Positions 1-10,657 of a stretch of 53,394 nucleotides of DNA are shown here, piece by piece (position 1 is the stretch's first letter; the number at the start of each line of letters is the position of its first letter). Made by a program: the position numbers and the translations under genes. Under the pieces are notes generated by a model, which was given only the letters and a program-made list of their open reading frames with translations, was not told where the DNA came from and searched no databases. Source of the stretch: a virus (Duplodnaviria > Caudoviricetes); the IMG/VR virus record IMGVR_UViG_3300027963_003320, positions 1-53,394 of that record. One strand, written 5' to 3'.

Positions 1-246
1 GATTTAAAGATGGCAATTGGTTATTCTTCGATTTCGACAAATAGAGTAACATTTACAGCAACAAAATCATATGATGAAGTAGTTAAACCAATTTCATTCT
101 CAGCAAAATATTTAAAAGAAATCCTTACTGCAAACAAAGAAGCAACATCTGCAAAATTAAAAGTATCAACTGATGGTTTAGCAAATGTTCAATTCCAAAT
201 AGATGACTTTATTTGTAAGTATTATTTAGTAGAAATCTCAAATTAA
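1..246 (+). CDS. Sliding clamp (gp45/PCNA-like), C-terminal part; 5' end outside the window
   Basis: Frame is open from base 1. The ISFSAKYLKEIL...LKVS..GL...F......YYL pattern resembles clamp C-termini, and clamp-loader genes lie just downstream. Confidence 0.65.
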   Translation, partial: DLKMAIGYSSISTNRVTFTATKSYDEVVKPISFSAKYLKEILTANKEATSAKLKVSTDGLANVQFQIDDFICKYYLVEISN

Positions 247-250
247 TAAA

Positions 251-595
251 ATGAAAGAACAATTAGAATTATTCCCAACAGAAGTTGGTTATGAATTATC
301 CCCACAAGAGGAATTACAACAACAAGAAGCGGGTAGTGTAGAAATGCCAGAAGAAAAAATAATCACGGACAGTGAGTGGTGTTTTCAATTTTTCAACAAT
401 GAACCAACTGTTTTTGCATGGCAAGAGTTGGGAGTAGAACCAAATCCATTGGTATTACAAATCAATCCAGTTGAAGGTGAAGGTTTGAATTTCCAACAAA
501 ATGGAATGACATTTAGAATTTTCCCTAGAGAAATATCAAAAGAAACAAAACTACAAAGATTGGAACAAAATGAAAGTAAAAATAAAGAAGCTTAG
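251..595 (+). CDS. Hypothetical acidic protein
   Basis: 114-aa ORF in operon context; no recognised motif. Confidence 0.6.
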   Translation: MKEQLELFPTEVGYELSPQEELQQQEAGSVEMPEEKIITDSEWCFQFFNNEPTVFAWQELGVEPNPLVLQINPVEGEGLNFQQNGMTFRIFPREISKETKLQRLEQNESKNKEA

Positions 596-1001
596 TCCGG
601 AAGCAGTTATACCCACCTACGCAAAAGATGGTGATGCCGGTATGGATTTAGTTGCAACATCAATGAAGTTTGATGGTACACAAATCACATACGGAACAGG
701 ATTAGCAATGGAAATACCCGAAGGATTTGTAGGATTAGTATTCCCTCGTTCATCCATTCGTAAAACCGATTTATCATTAAGTAATTCGGTAGGTGTAATT
801 GATAGTGGATATAGAGGTGAAATACAGGCAACTTTTAATCAAAGGTCATTATCATCTCAAAGTGGTAGTTTCGTATATGGTGTTGGTGATAGAATTATGC
901 AAATTATGATTATCCCACATCCTCCGATTGAGTTTGAAGAAGTAGAAGAATTAAATAACACCGAAAGAGGCGAAGGCGGATTCGGTTCAACTGGAAAATA
1001 A
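570..1001 (+). CDS. dut: Trimeric dUTPase
   Basis: Motifs AGMDL, PRSS, GVIDSGYRGEI and RGEGGFGSTG. Confidence 0.97.
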   Translation: MKVKIKKLSPEAVIPTYAKDGDAGMDLVATSMKFDGTQITYGTGLAMEIPEGFVGLVFPRSSIRKTDLSLSNSVGVIDSGYRGEIQATFNQRSLSSQSGSFVYGVGDRIMQIMIIPHPPIEFEEVEELNNTERGEGGFGSTGK

Positions 1002-1002
1002 T

Positions 1003-1950
1003 ATGAGTTTTTTCGCAAACGATATAAACAAAAGAGAACATAGTTTGTGGGTGGAGAAATACCGTCCACAAACTCTTGCTGACTATGTTGGTAATGAAAC
1101 CATCAAAGAAACAATTCAGCAGTATTTAGATGCAAACGATATACCTCATTTGTTGTTATACGGAAAAGCGGGTACGGGTAAGACCACACTTGCTAAACTA
1201 ATCGTAAACACAATCAAATGTGACTTTATGATTATCAACGCATCGGATGAAAACAATGTGGATACTGTTAGAACAAAAGTAAAGAACTTTGCATCATCGG
1301 TTGGGTTTGCAGGTTTCAAAGTAATCATCTTAGATGAGTTTGATTATATGACACCGGGAGCACAAGCGATTTTGAGAAACTTAATGGAAACATTCAGTAA
1401 GCATTGTCGTTTCATCTTAACTTGTAACTATATTGAGAAAATCATTGACCCTATACAAAGTAGATGTCAGTCTTTCGCAATCACTCCTCCGACTAAAAAG
1501 GATGTAGCAGTTCAGGTAGCAAAGATATTAGATACTGAAAAGATTAAGTATGAGCCAAAGAATATGGCTGATGTGATTAATTCATATTATCCAGATATTA
1601 GAAGAATACTTAATACTTGCCAATTACAATCTACAAAAGGTGAATTGAAAGTAGACCATAGAGTAATGGTTGAAGCAAATTTTGCAACTAAACTTATTGA
1701 CCTTTTAAAAGAAAGTGACGATAAGAGAAATATGTTTATGAAAATTAGACAGGCAGTAGCAGATAATAAACTAAACGACTATTCGGAAATGTATACAATG
1801 TTATACGACAAAGTGGACGAATACGCAACAGGAAATGTAGCAAATGTGATTTTAACTATTGCAGATGGTCTTTCAAAGGACGCATTGGTAGTAGATAAAG
1901 AAATCGTATTTATGTCTACAATTATACAAATATTAAACATAATAAAATAA
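1003..1950 (+). CDS. Clamp loader AAA+ subunit (RFC/gp44-like)
   Basis: LWVEKYRP, Walker A GKAGTGKTT, NASDE, Walker B ILDEFD and SRC motif. Confidence 0.95.
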   Translation: MSFFANDINKREHSLWVEKYRPQTLADYVGNETIKETIQQYLDANDIPHLLLYGKAGTGKTTLAKLIVNTIKCDFMIINASDENNVDTVRTKVKNFASSVGFAGFKVIILDEFDYMTPGAQAILRNLMETFSKHCRFILTCNYIEKIIDPIQSRCQSFAITPPTKKDVAVQVAKILDTEKIKYEPKNMADVINSYYPDIRRILNTCQLQSTKGELKVDHRVMVEANFATKLIDLLKESDDKRNMFMKIRQAVADNKLNDYSEMYTMLYDKVDEYATGNVANVILTIADGLSKDALVVDKEIVFMSTIIQILNIIK

Positions 1951-2189
1951 TGGAACAACAACAACAATTACCCCCGAATTTTAATTTAAACGATGCAAGA
2001 GATATGGATTGTGATTGTGGTGGAAAGATTTTCTTACCAGGTTACAGATTCAAAAAAATTAGTAGATTATTAACAGGTGCACCCAAAGATTCGGTTATGC
2101 CGATTGAATTGTATGTATGTGCAACTTGTGGTAAACCTTTAAATGAATTACTTCCACAAGAACTACAAGAAACAAAAATCATAGAATAA
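1950..2189 (+). CDS. Small zinc-ribbon protein
   Basis: CDCG...CATCG cysteine pairs; coupled by TAATG overlap. Confidence 0.6.
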   Translation: MEQQQQLPPNFNLNDARDMDCDCGGKIFLPGYRFKKISRLLTGAPKDSVMPIELYVCATCGKPLNELLPQELQETKIIE

Positions 2190-2638
2190 TGGCACAAAAG
2201 TTATTTGACCATATTAATGCAATAACTACTATTCAAGACCCAAAGTATTTTGACAAACTGTCAGAAGAAGATTTAAAAACTTGGAGTAACTTTATGATTA
2301 ATAGATTTTTATCAATGAAGCCTGAATGGGTTGAATTGATTGCATCTATATTACCCCTAACTCAAACTCTTTCCCCCAAAGAAATGTATAGTTTGTATAT
2401 TAATGTTATTCCAAAAGGTAAATACTTTTTGAAATATATTAAAGGAAAATCCGAAGATAAATACGAACAATTTATAGTAGACCTTTTAAAAAAAGAATAT
2501 GATTGTTCGGAAAATCAGGCAATTGACTATTTAGAGGTACTATATTCCACAAGAGAAGGTAGAGAATATCTTAAATATGTTTGTGAAAAATATGGTATAG
2601 ACAAAAAACAAATTACAAAACTGAAACTTAAAATCTAA
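2189..2638 (+). CDS. Clamp loader small subunit (gp62-like)
   Basis: LFDHINAI...FMINRFLS pattern, size and position after the gp44-like gene. Confidence 0.7.
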   Translation: MAQKLFDHINAITTIQDPKYFDKLSEEDLKTWSNFMINRFLSMKPEWVELIASILPLTQTLSPKEMYSLYINVIPKGKYFLKYIKGKSEDKYEQFIVDLLKKEYDCSENQAIDYLEVLYSTREGREYLKYVCEKYGIDKKQITKLKLKI

Positions 2639-3855
2639 TGGAGGAAATAACTTCACAATCGTATTGTAAATTTCCATTTATTCATATATGTTCATTAGCA
2701 GATGGAAGTACAAAACCATGTGGTATTGCAGACTCATTTGAAGATGGTATGAATTTAAACGAACATACAATTGAAGAAGTATATAATTCTCCACAAATGA
2801 AGCAACTTCGTAAAGATATGCTTGAAGGTGTTAGAAATAAAGTATGTAATGTATGTTATAGAAAAGATGATGCGGGAGAGTACAGTACTAGACAATTTTA
2901 TAATGATAATCAACTATGGGAACACCCCATTGTAAACGAAGATTATAGTGTAGATTCTATTCAACATTTTGATATTCGTTTTTCTAATTTATGCAATTTT
3001 ACTTGCAGAATGTGTGACCACGGGTCATCTTCAAATTGGTATGATGCATATAAGGTATTTGGGTTTCCAAAACCAACATCAAAAGTAATTAAATTAAGAG
3101 AAAATATTCTTGAAGATTTAATACCTCATATGAAAAATATTAAAAGTTTTTATTTTGCAGGTGGAGAACCATTGATAATGCCCGAACACAATGAGATAAT
3201 AAAATGGTTATATCAAAATTTACCAATAGATGAAGATGCGGGATGTAGACAATTGAGATTACATTACAATACAAATTTATCTATATTAAAATTTGAATCA
3301 ACGGATTTAATAAAAATGTGGAAAGGGTTTAAAAGAGTATTTTTATCAATTTCTTGTGATGGGGTACACGAAGTAGGAGAATACCAAAGAACAGGATGGA
3401 ATCACGATATATTTGTTGAAAATATGAATACGATTAAAAAAAGTTTTGTAGTATCTTCGACAAGAACAGGTGATAAAAAAAATTCAAATGAATTGATTTA
3501 TAATTTCCAATTTACAACTACAATTTGGAATATGCATCATATATTTGATTTTATTAAATTTATGAAAGAAAACAAATTTATAAAAACTTCTGAAAATATT
3601 GACTTTACATATGCATGGTCTCCCGATTATTGTTCTATAAATAATTTTGAGCCACATATAAAAGAAAAAATGAATTTGTTATTCAAAAAAAATATGAGAT
3701 ACATAAAATCTGAAAAAACAAAAGCAGAATTTAATGGTATTCTTAAATTTATGAATACAGAATCTACTGCAAACCCAGAATATGTAAAAGATTGTTCTAA
3801 AAAAATGGATATACTAAGAGCTCCATTAGAAAACGAAATAATTAATTTAGTATAA
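2638..3855 (+). CDS. Radical SAM protein with N-terminal SPASM/twitch-like Cys region
   Basis: CNFTCRMC (CxxxCxxC), GGEPL, and N-terminal C...PC...CxxC. Confidence 0.9.
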   Translation: MEEITSQSYCKFPFIHICSLADGSTKPCGIADSFEDGMNLNEHTIEEVYNSPQMKQLRKDMLEGVRNKVCNVCYRKDDAGEYSTRQFYNDNQLWEHPIVNEDYSVDSIQHFDIRFSNLCNFTCRMCDHGSSSNWYDAYKVFGFPKPTSKVIKLRENILEDLIPHMKNIKSFYFAGGEPLIMPEHNEIIKWLYQNLPIDEDAGCRQLRLHYNTNLSILKFESTDLIKMWKGFKRVFLSISCDGVHEVGEYQRTGWNHDIFVENMNTIKKSFVVSSTRTGDKKNSNELIYNFQFTTTIWNMHHIFDFIKFMKENKFIKTSENIDFTYAWSPDYCSINNFEPHIKEKMNLLFKKNMRYIKSEKTKAEFNGILKFMNTESTANPEYVKDCSKKMDILRAPLENEIINLV

Positions 3856-3885
3856 TTTGGTAAATCAAATTATTTGTCGTATATT
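3856..3885 (+). promoter_or_regulatory. Bacteroidota-type -33/-7 promoter (copy 1 of 8)
   Basis: TTTGGTAA at 3856 and TCGTATATT at 3877; the same 21-nt offset occurs in all copies. Confidence 0.75.
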
Positions 3886-3894
3886 AGATATAAT

Positions 3895-4779
3895 ATGGCA
3901 AGAGTATCATTTTCACAATATAGTATGTGGCATAATTGTCCACAACAATACAAATTAGCATACATAGATAAGTTAGGTGAATCGTCATCTAACATTCATT
4001 CAATCTTTGGAACCGCAATGCATGAGACACTTCAAAATTATTTGGAGAAATGTTTAAGAATATCAAAGTCACAAGCTGACAAAATGATTGACTTAAATGA
4101 GTATTTAAAAGAAAGAATGAGAGATGCATATCTTAAAGAAACGGAAGGGGAAATAGGAAATACAACAATTTGCACCAAAGAAGAAATGGTAGAGTTTTTA
4201 GAAGATGGAAATGTCTTATTAGATTGGTTCCAAAAACCGAAAAACTTTAACAAATTCTTTTCGTTAAAACACGATGAGTTGGTAGCAATTGAACAACCTA
4301 TAAACACAAAGATTTCAGAGAATGTAAACTTCATGGGTTTCATAGATTTAATTATCAGAGATACATTTACAGGTAGATATAGAATCATTGACTTTAAGAC
4401 TTCTACAAGAGGTTGGAGTAAGTATCAAAAATCAGACCCTGTTAAAAGTGCACAAATCTTATTATACAAAAAGTTCTATGCTGAATTACTAAACATTTCC
4501 GAAGATGTGATTGATGTTGAGTTTATCATTTTGAAAAGAAAGGTAGAAGTAAGAGAGGATATTCCAACACATAGAATTAGTAAACATATACCTGCAAATG
4601 GTAAGGTGTCGGTAAACAAAGCATGGAAAGGTTTTACGGACTTTGTAGAGAGTGTATTTGACAAAGATGGTAATTATAAAACTGAAATAGAGTACCCAAA
4701 GAACGCAACTAAACTATGTGAATGGTGTGAGTTTTTTCATAGAGGATTATGTGATAGAGGATTAAAAAATTTAAATTAA
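3895..4779 (+). CDS. PD-(D/E)XK nuclease (RecB/Cas4-like)
   Basis: SFSQ..CP, FGTAMH, E...GFIDL...IIDFKT, Q..LY and C-terminal CEWCEF...C. ATG 3895 is preferred because the TTG at 3874 lies inside the promoter. Confidence 0.88.
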   Translation: MARVSFSQYSMWHNCPQQYKLAYIDKLGESSSNIHSIFGTAMHETLQNYLEKCLRISKSQADKMIDLNEYLKERMRDAYLKETEGEIGNTTICTKEEMVEFLEDGNVLLDWFQKPKNFNKFFSLKHDELVAIEQPINTKISENVNFMGFIDLIIRDTFTGRYRIIDFKTSTRGWSKYQKSDPVKSAQILLYKKFYAELLNISEDVIDVEFIILKRKVEVREDIPTHRISKHIPANGKVSVNKAWKGFTDFVESVFDKDGNYKTEIEYPKNATKLCEWCEFFHRGLCDRGLKNLN

Positions 4780-4800
4780 ACAATATATATTTTAAAAGTT

Positions 4801-6183
4801 ATGGCAAAAAAGAAAATTCTGTTATTAGCGGATGATTTAAGAATGAGTAGTGGTATTGCAAATGTTTCTAAACAATTAGTTTTAGGAACTGTTGATAAAT
4901 ATGATTGGGTACAATTAGGTGCAGCAATCAAACATCCTGAAGCAGGTAAAGTATTTGATTTAAACGATAGTGTTAGAGAACAAACAGGCGTAAAAGATGC
5001 AAGTGTTAAAATATATCCATTTGATGGTTATGGTAATGCTGATGTAATCAGACAATTGTTAATGGTTGAAAAACCTGATGCAATCCTACACTTTACTGAC
5101 CCAAGATATTGGTTATGGTTATATGATATTGAGCATGAAATTCGACAAACCTGTCCATTATTCTTTTATCATATTTGGGACGATTTACCAGACCCAAAAT
5201 ACAATAGAGATTACTACGAAAGTTGTGATTGGATTGGATGCATTTCAAAACAAACATATGGTATTACGCGTAGAGTTTGGGGTTGGGATAAAGAAAAACA
5301 TTGGACTAAACCTGAAGCTTGGCAAGTAAGTTATGTACCACATGGTATCAATTCAGATTTATACAAACCAGTAGAAGTTCCAAAAGATTTTAAAGAAAGT
5401 ATATTTGGAGTTAAAGAATATGATTTTGTATTGTATTGGAATAATAGAAATATTCGTAGAAAACAACCGGTTGATGTAATTCTTGCATTCGATAAATTTG
5501 TAGAAGCACTTACTCCTGAACAAAGAAGTAAAGTATGTTTATTAATGCACACTACTCCTGTTGAAGAACATGGAACGGATTTACCAAGAACAATTGCAGA
5601 ATGTTGTTCACCTGAAACCAATGTAGTATTTGCACCAAATAGATATTCCGAAGAACAATTAAATTGGTTATATAATATAGGTGATGTGACAATCAATGTA
5701 GCATCAAACGAAGGATTTGGATTAGCAACGGCAGAGTCAGTAATGGCAGGAACACCAATCATATTAACGGTTACAGGTGGTTTACAAGACCAATGTGGAT
5801 TTAGAGACAAAGGTACGGGTAAATTGATAACTGCAGAAGATTATGTTGAAATTGGTTCTTTACATGATAGAAATAAAAAAGCAGGTGTAGTTTGGGGAGA
5901 TTGGGTTAAACCAATTTGGCCAGTTCGTTCAACAACAGGTTCAGTTCCTACTCCATACATTTTTGATGATAGAGTTGACTTTGAAGATATTACTCCTTTA
6001 ATTATGGATTGGTATAAAATGCCAAAAGAAGATAGAGATAAAGCTGCACTAAAAGGTAGAAAACATTTTATGGGTGAAGGTCTGTTAAGTAGAGAAGCAA
6101 TGTGTAAAGAATTAGTAGATGGTATGGAAGGAGCATTTGAAAATTGGAAACCAAAACAAAAATTTAAATTAATAGAGTTATAG
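4801..6183 (+). CDS. Glycosyltransferase, GT-B fold (GT4-like)
   Basis: NRNIRRK and SNEGFGLATAES motifs. Confidence 0.88.
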   Translation: MAKKKILLLADDLRMSSGIANVSKQLVLGTVDKYDWVQLGAAIKHPEAGKVFDLNDSVREQTGVKDASVKIYPFDGYGNADVIRQLLMVEKPDAILHFTDPRYWLWLYDIEHEIRQTCPLFFYHIWDDLPDPKYNRDYYESCDWIGCISKQTYGITRRVWGWDKEKHWTKPEAWQVSYVPHGINSDLYKPVEVPKDFKESIFGVKEYDFVLYWNNRNIRRKQPVDVILAFDKFVEALTPEQRSKVCLLMHTTPVEEHGTDLPRTIAECCSPETNVVFAPNRYSEEQLNWLYNIGDVTINVASNEGFGLATAESVMAGTPIILTVTGGLQDQCGFRDKGTGKLITAEDYVEIGSLHDRNKKAGVVWGDWVKPIWPVRSTTGSVPTPYIFDDRVDFEDITPLIMDWYKMPKEDRDKAALKGRKHFMGEGLLSREAMCKELVDGMEGAFENWKPKQKFKLIEL

Positions 6184-6184
6184 T

Positions 6185-7453
6185 ATGAAACCAACATTAG
6201 TATTTCAGGCACCAATAGCAACAAGAAGTGGGTATGGTGACCACGCGAGAGATTTATTACATTCTCTTTATAAATTAGATAAATTTGAAATCAAAGTTAT
6301 CAGCACTCGTTGGGGCAATACTCCAATGGACTCACTTAATTATGACAATCCATTTCATAAGTGGATAGTTGATAGTATTATTCCAAAAGTAGAACAAAAG
6401 CCTGACATTTATATTCAGGTTACTGTACCAAATGAATTTCAAGCAGTAGGACATTATAACATTGGAATTACTGCAGCAATTGAAACAACACATTGTCCAT
6501 TAGATTGGGTACATGGTTGTAATAGAATGGATTTAATTATAGTACCATCTGAACATTCAAAAAAGAGTTTAGTGGATAGTGTTTATAATGAGGCCGACAA
6601 CAATACAAAACAATTAATAGCACAACATAGAATTCAAAAACCTGTTGAAATTCTCTTTGAAGGATTTGATGAAATGGATTTTGGAACCGATGATGTGGTG
6701 AATGTAACTGAATTAGATGCAATCAAAGAAGATTTCGCATTTCTATTTGTAGGACATTGGTTAAGAGGTGATTTGGGTGAAGATAGAAAGAATGTGGGAA
6801 TGATGATTAAATCGTTTGCAATGGCATTCAAAAACGAAAAGGTTAAACCAGCATTAGTTCTTAAAACCAGTTCAGCAGGATTTAGTGTTATTGATAGAGA
6901 AACTACTATTAAAAAAATAAAAGATGTATTAGGAAAAGATTATAAGTCAGTTCCAGTTTATCTTTTACATGGTGACTTAACTCCATCTGAAATGAATGGG
7001 TTGTATGAACACAAAAAGGTAAAAGCAATGTTAAACTTTACAAAAGGTGAAGGATTTGGTAGACCTCTTTTAGAATTTAGTTTGACAGGTAAGCCGGTTA
7101 TCGTAAGTAATTGGAGTGGACATATTGATTTCTTAAAACAAGGTGCAGTATTATTAGAAGGTGAATTGAAACCTGTACATGAATCAGCAGCCGACCAATT
7201 CCTTTTAAAAGAATCACAATGGTTTAATGTAAATATTTCAAAAGCATTAACTGCAATGAAAGATGTTTATAAGAATTATGAGAAATATAAAACTGAATCA
7301 TCTAAATTGGGAAAACATAATTTAGAAAAATTTAGTCTAACCAAAATGACAGAAGGATTTGATACTATTTTAAATCAGTATGGTATTTATAGTAAGATAC
7401 AACCAAAGTTTCAACAATTACAATTACCAAAATTGAAAATGTTAAATAAATAG
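6185..7453 (+). CDS. Glycosyltransferase, GT-B fold (GT4-like)
   Basis: SGYG N-terminus, DRKN and KGEGFGRPLLE motifs. Confidence 0.88.
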   Translation: MKPTLVFQAPIATRSGYGDHARDLLHSLYKLDKFEIKVISTRWGNTPMDSLNYDNPFHKWIVDSIIPKVEQKPDIYIQVTVPNEFQAVGHYNIGITAAIETTHCPLDWVHGCNRMDLIIVPSEHSKKSLVDSVYNEADNNTKQLIAQHRIQKPVEILFEGFDEMDFGTDDVVNVTELDAIKEDFAFLFVGHWLRGDLGEDRKNVGMMIKSFAMAFKNEKVKPALVLKTSSAGFSVIDRETTIKKIKDVLGKDYKSVPVYLLHGDLTPSEMNGLYEHKKVKAMLNFTKGEGFGRPLLEFSLTGKPVIVSNWSGHIDFLKQGAVLLEGELKPVHESAADQFLLKESQWFNVNISKALTAMKDVYKNYEKYKTESSKLGKHNLEKFSLTKMTEGFDTILNQYGIYSKIQPKFQQLQLPKLKMLNK

Positions 7454-7926
7454 TGAGTAAATATAGTCCAATATATCGTAGGTACATAGATGATAAAAAT
7501 ATTGTAATGCCAAACCAAATGGTAAGGGCTAAGTTTTATCTAATAAAAGAATATGAATATGTAGATGGAACAAAAGGTAGATATACAGAAGCAACCGCAC
7601 CTATTATATTTACACTATTTGTATCGAGAGCAAAGAACATTGTCCATGCAGTAAAAGTAACAGATGTTAGACCTGATTTGATAAAAAAGTTTTTTGGTAA
7701 GTTTGTAAATGAAGAAACCGAACTATTAGAAGTAAAAGGTTCTTCAAAAAAAATATATCAATCAATTGTTAAAAAAGTTCCAATTATAAATGACAACGCA
7801 TATAGAACATATAAGCTAGATGGATTTGGAAGAATATTAGAATTGGATATGGATGTTGATTTGATGACGCCAAAAAATAAACATGTAGAAGGAATAGACC
7901 CAAAATCACAAATAAAAAGTAAATAG
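7453..7926 (+). CDS. Hypothetical protein
   Basis: GTG start overlapping the upstream TAG; 157 aa. Confidence 0.6.
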   Translation: MSKYSPIYRRYIDDKNIVMPNQMVRAKFYLIKEYEYVDGTKGRYTEATAPIIFTLFVSRAKNIVHAVKVTDVRPDLIKKFFGKFVNEETELLEVKGSSKKIYQSIVKKVPIINDNAYRTYKLDGFGRILELDMDVDLMTPKNKHVEGIDPKSQIKSK

Positions 7927-7928
7927 TT

Positions 7929-8168
7929 ATGACATCAAAAGAATTTGTTAGTTGGTTAAAAGGATTTACAGACGGAGTACATGAATTTAACATTACTCCA
8001 AAACAATGGGACAACTTAAAAGAAAAGTTAGCAGAAGTGGATGACAATACAATCCCTATGGGTGGTTTGTTAACCGACTATAATAGATTTGGAACATCAA
8101 CTACAACATCACTCCCATCGGGTAGTTCAATTAGTTATACAAATTCAACTGACGAAAAAATATTTTAA
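7929..8168 (+). CDS. Hypothetical protein
   Basis: 79 aa, GTTATG start context, operonic. Confidence 0.55.
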   Translation: MTSKEFVSWLKGFTDGVHEFNITPKQWDNLKEKLAEVDDNTIPMGGLLTDYNRFGTSTTTSLPSGSSISYTNSTDEKIF

Positions 8169-8791
8169 TGAAATTAAGTTACGCAATAACGGCTTGTAAT
8201 GAAGTCGAAGAAACTATTAGATTGGTAAATCAATTATTAAACTACAAAGAAGAAAATTCGGAAATAGTTGTTTTATTAGACACACCAAAATCACCTACTG
8301 AATTAGTAGAGTATTTGGAATTGCAAGCAAACGCAGACCACATTACACTTATTGAATCCGAATTTGATAACGATTTTGCACAATGGAAAAACTTATTAAA
8401 TTCACAATGTAAGGGTGAATGGATATTTCAATTAGATGCGGATGAGTATTTGACTCCGGATTTGATTGTAAATATGGAAGCATTGTTAGATAGTAATACG
8501 GATAAGGATATGATTGTTGTTCCAAGAATCAATACGGTTGAAGGATTGACTGAAACACATATTAAAAAATGGGGATGGAATATAAATGAAAAAGGTTGGG
8601 TTAATTTCCCAGATGTTCAAACTCGTATCTACAAAAACTCTGACAAAATTGGATGGAGTGGTAAGGTACATGAAAGAATAGTTGGGTTTGAATCATATAC
8701 AAATTTTCCAGCAGATGAAATATATTGTATCAGACATCCTAAGACAATAGACAGACAAGAAAGACAAAATAATTATTACGATACTTTATGA
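8168..8791 (+). CDS. Glycosyltransferase family 2
   Basis: SYAITACNE, WIFQLDADE (DXD) and VHE motifs. Confidence 0.88.
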   Translation: MKLSYAITACNEVEETIRLVNQLLNYKEENSEIVVLLDTPKSPTELVEYLELQANADHITLIESEFDNDFAQWKNLLNSQCKGEWIFQLDADEYLTPDLIVNMEALLDSNTDKDMIVVPRINTVEGLTETHIKKWGWNINEKGWVNFPDVQTRIYKNSDKIGWSGKVHERIVGFESYTNFPADEIYCIRHPKTIDRQERQNNYYDTL

Positions 8792-9681
8792 AAATAACAT
8801 TTATATATGACCATAAACCAAATGAACTTTGGTCTACACCATTGTCTTTATTAAATGAATTTAAAGAAAGAGGTTGGGAAACCGAAATAGTACAAATACC
8901 CGATGGTGATGATTCTCAATTACAATTATGGATTCAACAAGATATTCCAACGGATATTGTATTGTTTATGGATTGGGGTAGGTTTGATTCTAAATGGTTA
9001 GATAAGAATTTAAAACCATATGCATTTTGGATACAAGAAAGTGGTGATGACCCACAAAACTTTGAAAGAAACTATCCAAAAGCAAGTAGATTTCACTATA
9101 CAATTACTCCCGATAAGGAATCTGCAGAAGAATATAGAAGTAGAGGTATAAATGCCGATTGGGTTCCACATTGGGCAGATACGATGTTTCAATTTCCAAT
9201 GAATTTAGAACCCGAATATGTGGCAGTAACAAGTAGAGGTAGAGGTGGTTCTCATTTCTTAGACCACTTAACAAATTGGGCAGAAGGTGCAATTGGAAAT
9301 CAAAATGGTATGGATGCAAAACAACATACTGAATTTTTAAATAAAGGTTTGATGGTTATTCAAAATAGTAGATGGGGTGAAATCACTCGTAGAATTTTTG
9401 AAGGTATGGCTTGTGGTAAATTGGTCTTAACGGATAAATTAGATATAAGTAGGGGTTTAGAGGAATTATTTATAGATGGTGAAGATATTGTTTTATATAA
9501 TGATATGTTTGATTGTATTGAAAAAATGAACTACTATAATGAAAATGAAGAAGAGAGAGAAAGAATTGCATATAACGGAATGGCAAAGGTTATAGCAAAT
9601 CATACACAAATACAAAGAGTTGATAAATTAATAGAAAAATATGAAAATTTTAATAACAGGAGTAGCAGGCCTATTGGGTAG
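8788..9681 (+). CDS. Glycosyltransferase (CgeB/Glyco_trans_1_2-like)
   Basis: C-terminal RIFEGMACG.LVLTD...LF...ERERIA.NG. Confidence 0.8.
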   Translation: MKITFIYDHKPNELWSTPLSLLNEFKERGWETEIVQIPDGDDSQLQLWIQQDIPTDIVLFMDWGRFDSKWLDKNLKPYAFWIQESGDDPQNFERNYPKASRFHYTITPDKESAEEYRSRGINADWVPHWADTMFQFPMNLEPEYVAVTSRGRGGSHFLDHLTNWAEGAIGNQNGMDAKQHTEFLNKGLMVIQNSRWGEITRRIFEGMACGKLVLTDKLDISRGLEELFIDGEDIVLYNDMFDCIEKMNYYNENEEERERIAYNGMAKVIANHTQIQRVDKLIEKYENFNNRSSRPIG

Positions 9682-10657
9682 TAGTTTGGCCGACTGGATT
9701 ATTGAAAATATACCAAATGTAGAAGTAGTTGGTATCGATGATTTATCGGGAGGATATAGAGAAAATGTAAATCCAAAAGTAATATTTTGGCAACAAAATT
9801 TAATAGAACATCCAATAGAGAATGCATTCGATGTCCATAGATTTGATTATGTATTTCATTTTGCAGCATATGCAGCAGAAGGATTATCACCATTTATTAG
9901 ACAATATAATTACCAAAATAATTTAGTAGCAACTTCCAGAATTGTAAATAATTGTATAAAATATAATGTTAAAAGATTGATATTTACATCATCACTCGCA
10001 GTATATGGATATGGTGAAGGCGGGTTGTTTAATGAAACACAAATACCTAAACCAATCGACCCATATGGAGTAGCAAAGTATGCATGTGAAATGGATATAC
10101 AAATTGCAGGAGAACAACATGGATTAGATTGGTGTATTATAAGACCACATAATGTATATGGTATTAAACAAAACATATGGGACAAATATCGTAATGTGTT
10201 AGGTATATGGATGCATCAGTATTTGAATGGAGAACCAATGACTATATTTGGTGATGGTGAACAAACTAGAGCATTTAGTTATATAGATGATATAGTTGAA
10301 CCACTATGGAACGCAGCAATTAGACCAGAGGCATCTAAAGAGATTATCAATTTAGGTGGAGTCGAAGAATGGAGTGTAAATAAAGCAAATTCATTATTAA
10401 AAAGTATTATAGGTAGTGGCGAAGTTGTTTATAAAGAGGGAAGACATGAAGTAAAAAATTCAATACCAACATTTCAAAAATCAATAGATATTTTGGGATT
10501 TGAACATAAAAATAATTTAAAATTAGGCCTTACAAAAATGTGGGAATGGGCCAAAAAACAGCCTAAGCGAGAAATCTTTAGCTGGCCTTCCTACGAAATT
10601 GATAATGGAATTTATTCATTTTGGAAAACAAAAAATAATGCAAAAACTACCGATTAG
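9641..10657 (+). CDS. NAD-dependent sugar epimerase/dehydratase (extended SDR)
   Basis: ITGVAGLLG, HFAA, TSS, YGVAK, RPHNVYG and GDGEQTR. Confidence 0.93.
   Translation: MKILITGVAGLLGSSLADWIIENIPNVEVVGIDDLSGGYRENVNPKVIFWQQNLIEHPIENAFDVHRFDYVFHFAAYAAEGLSPFIRQYNYQNNLVATSRIVNNCIKYNVKRLIFTSSLAVYGYGEGGLFNETQIPKPIDPYGVAKYACEMDIQIAGEQHGLDWCIIRPHNVYGIKQNIWDKYRNVLGIWMHQYLNGEPMTIFGDGEQTRAFSYIDDIVEPLWNAAIRPEASKEIINLGGVEEWSVNKANSLLKSIIGSGEVVYKEGRHEVKNSIPTFQKSIDILGFEHKNNLKLGLTKMWEWAKKQPKREIFSWPSYEIDNGIYSFWKTKNNAKTTD

Noticed and set aside
3895-4779. Cas4-like nuclease as evidence of CRISPR-Cas
   Set aside because: No repeat-spacer array or other cas genes are visible; stand-alone nucleases of this type are common in phage replication regions.
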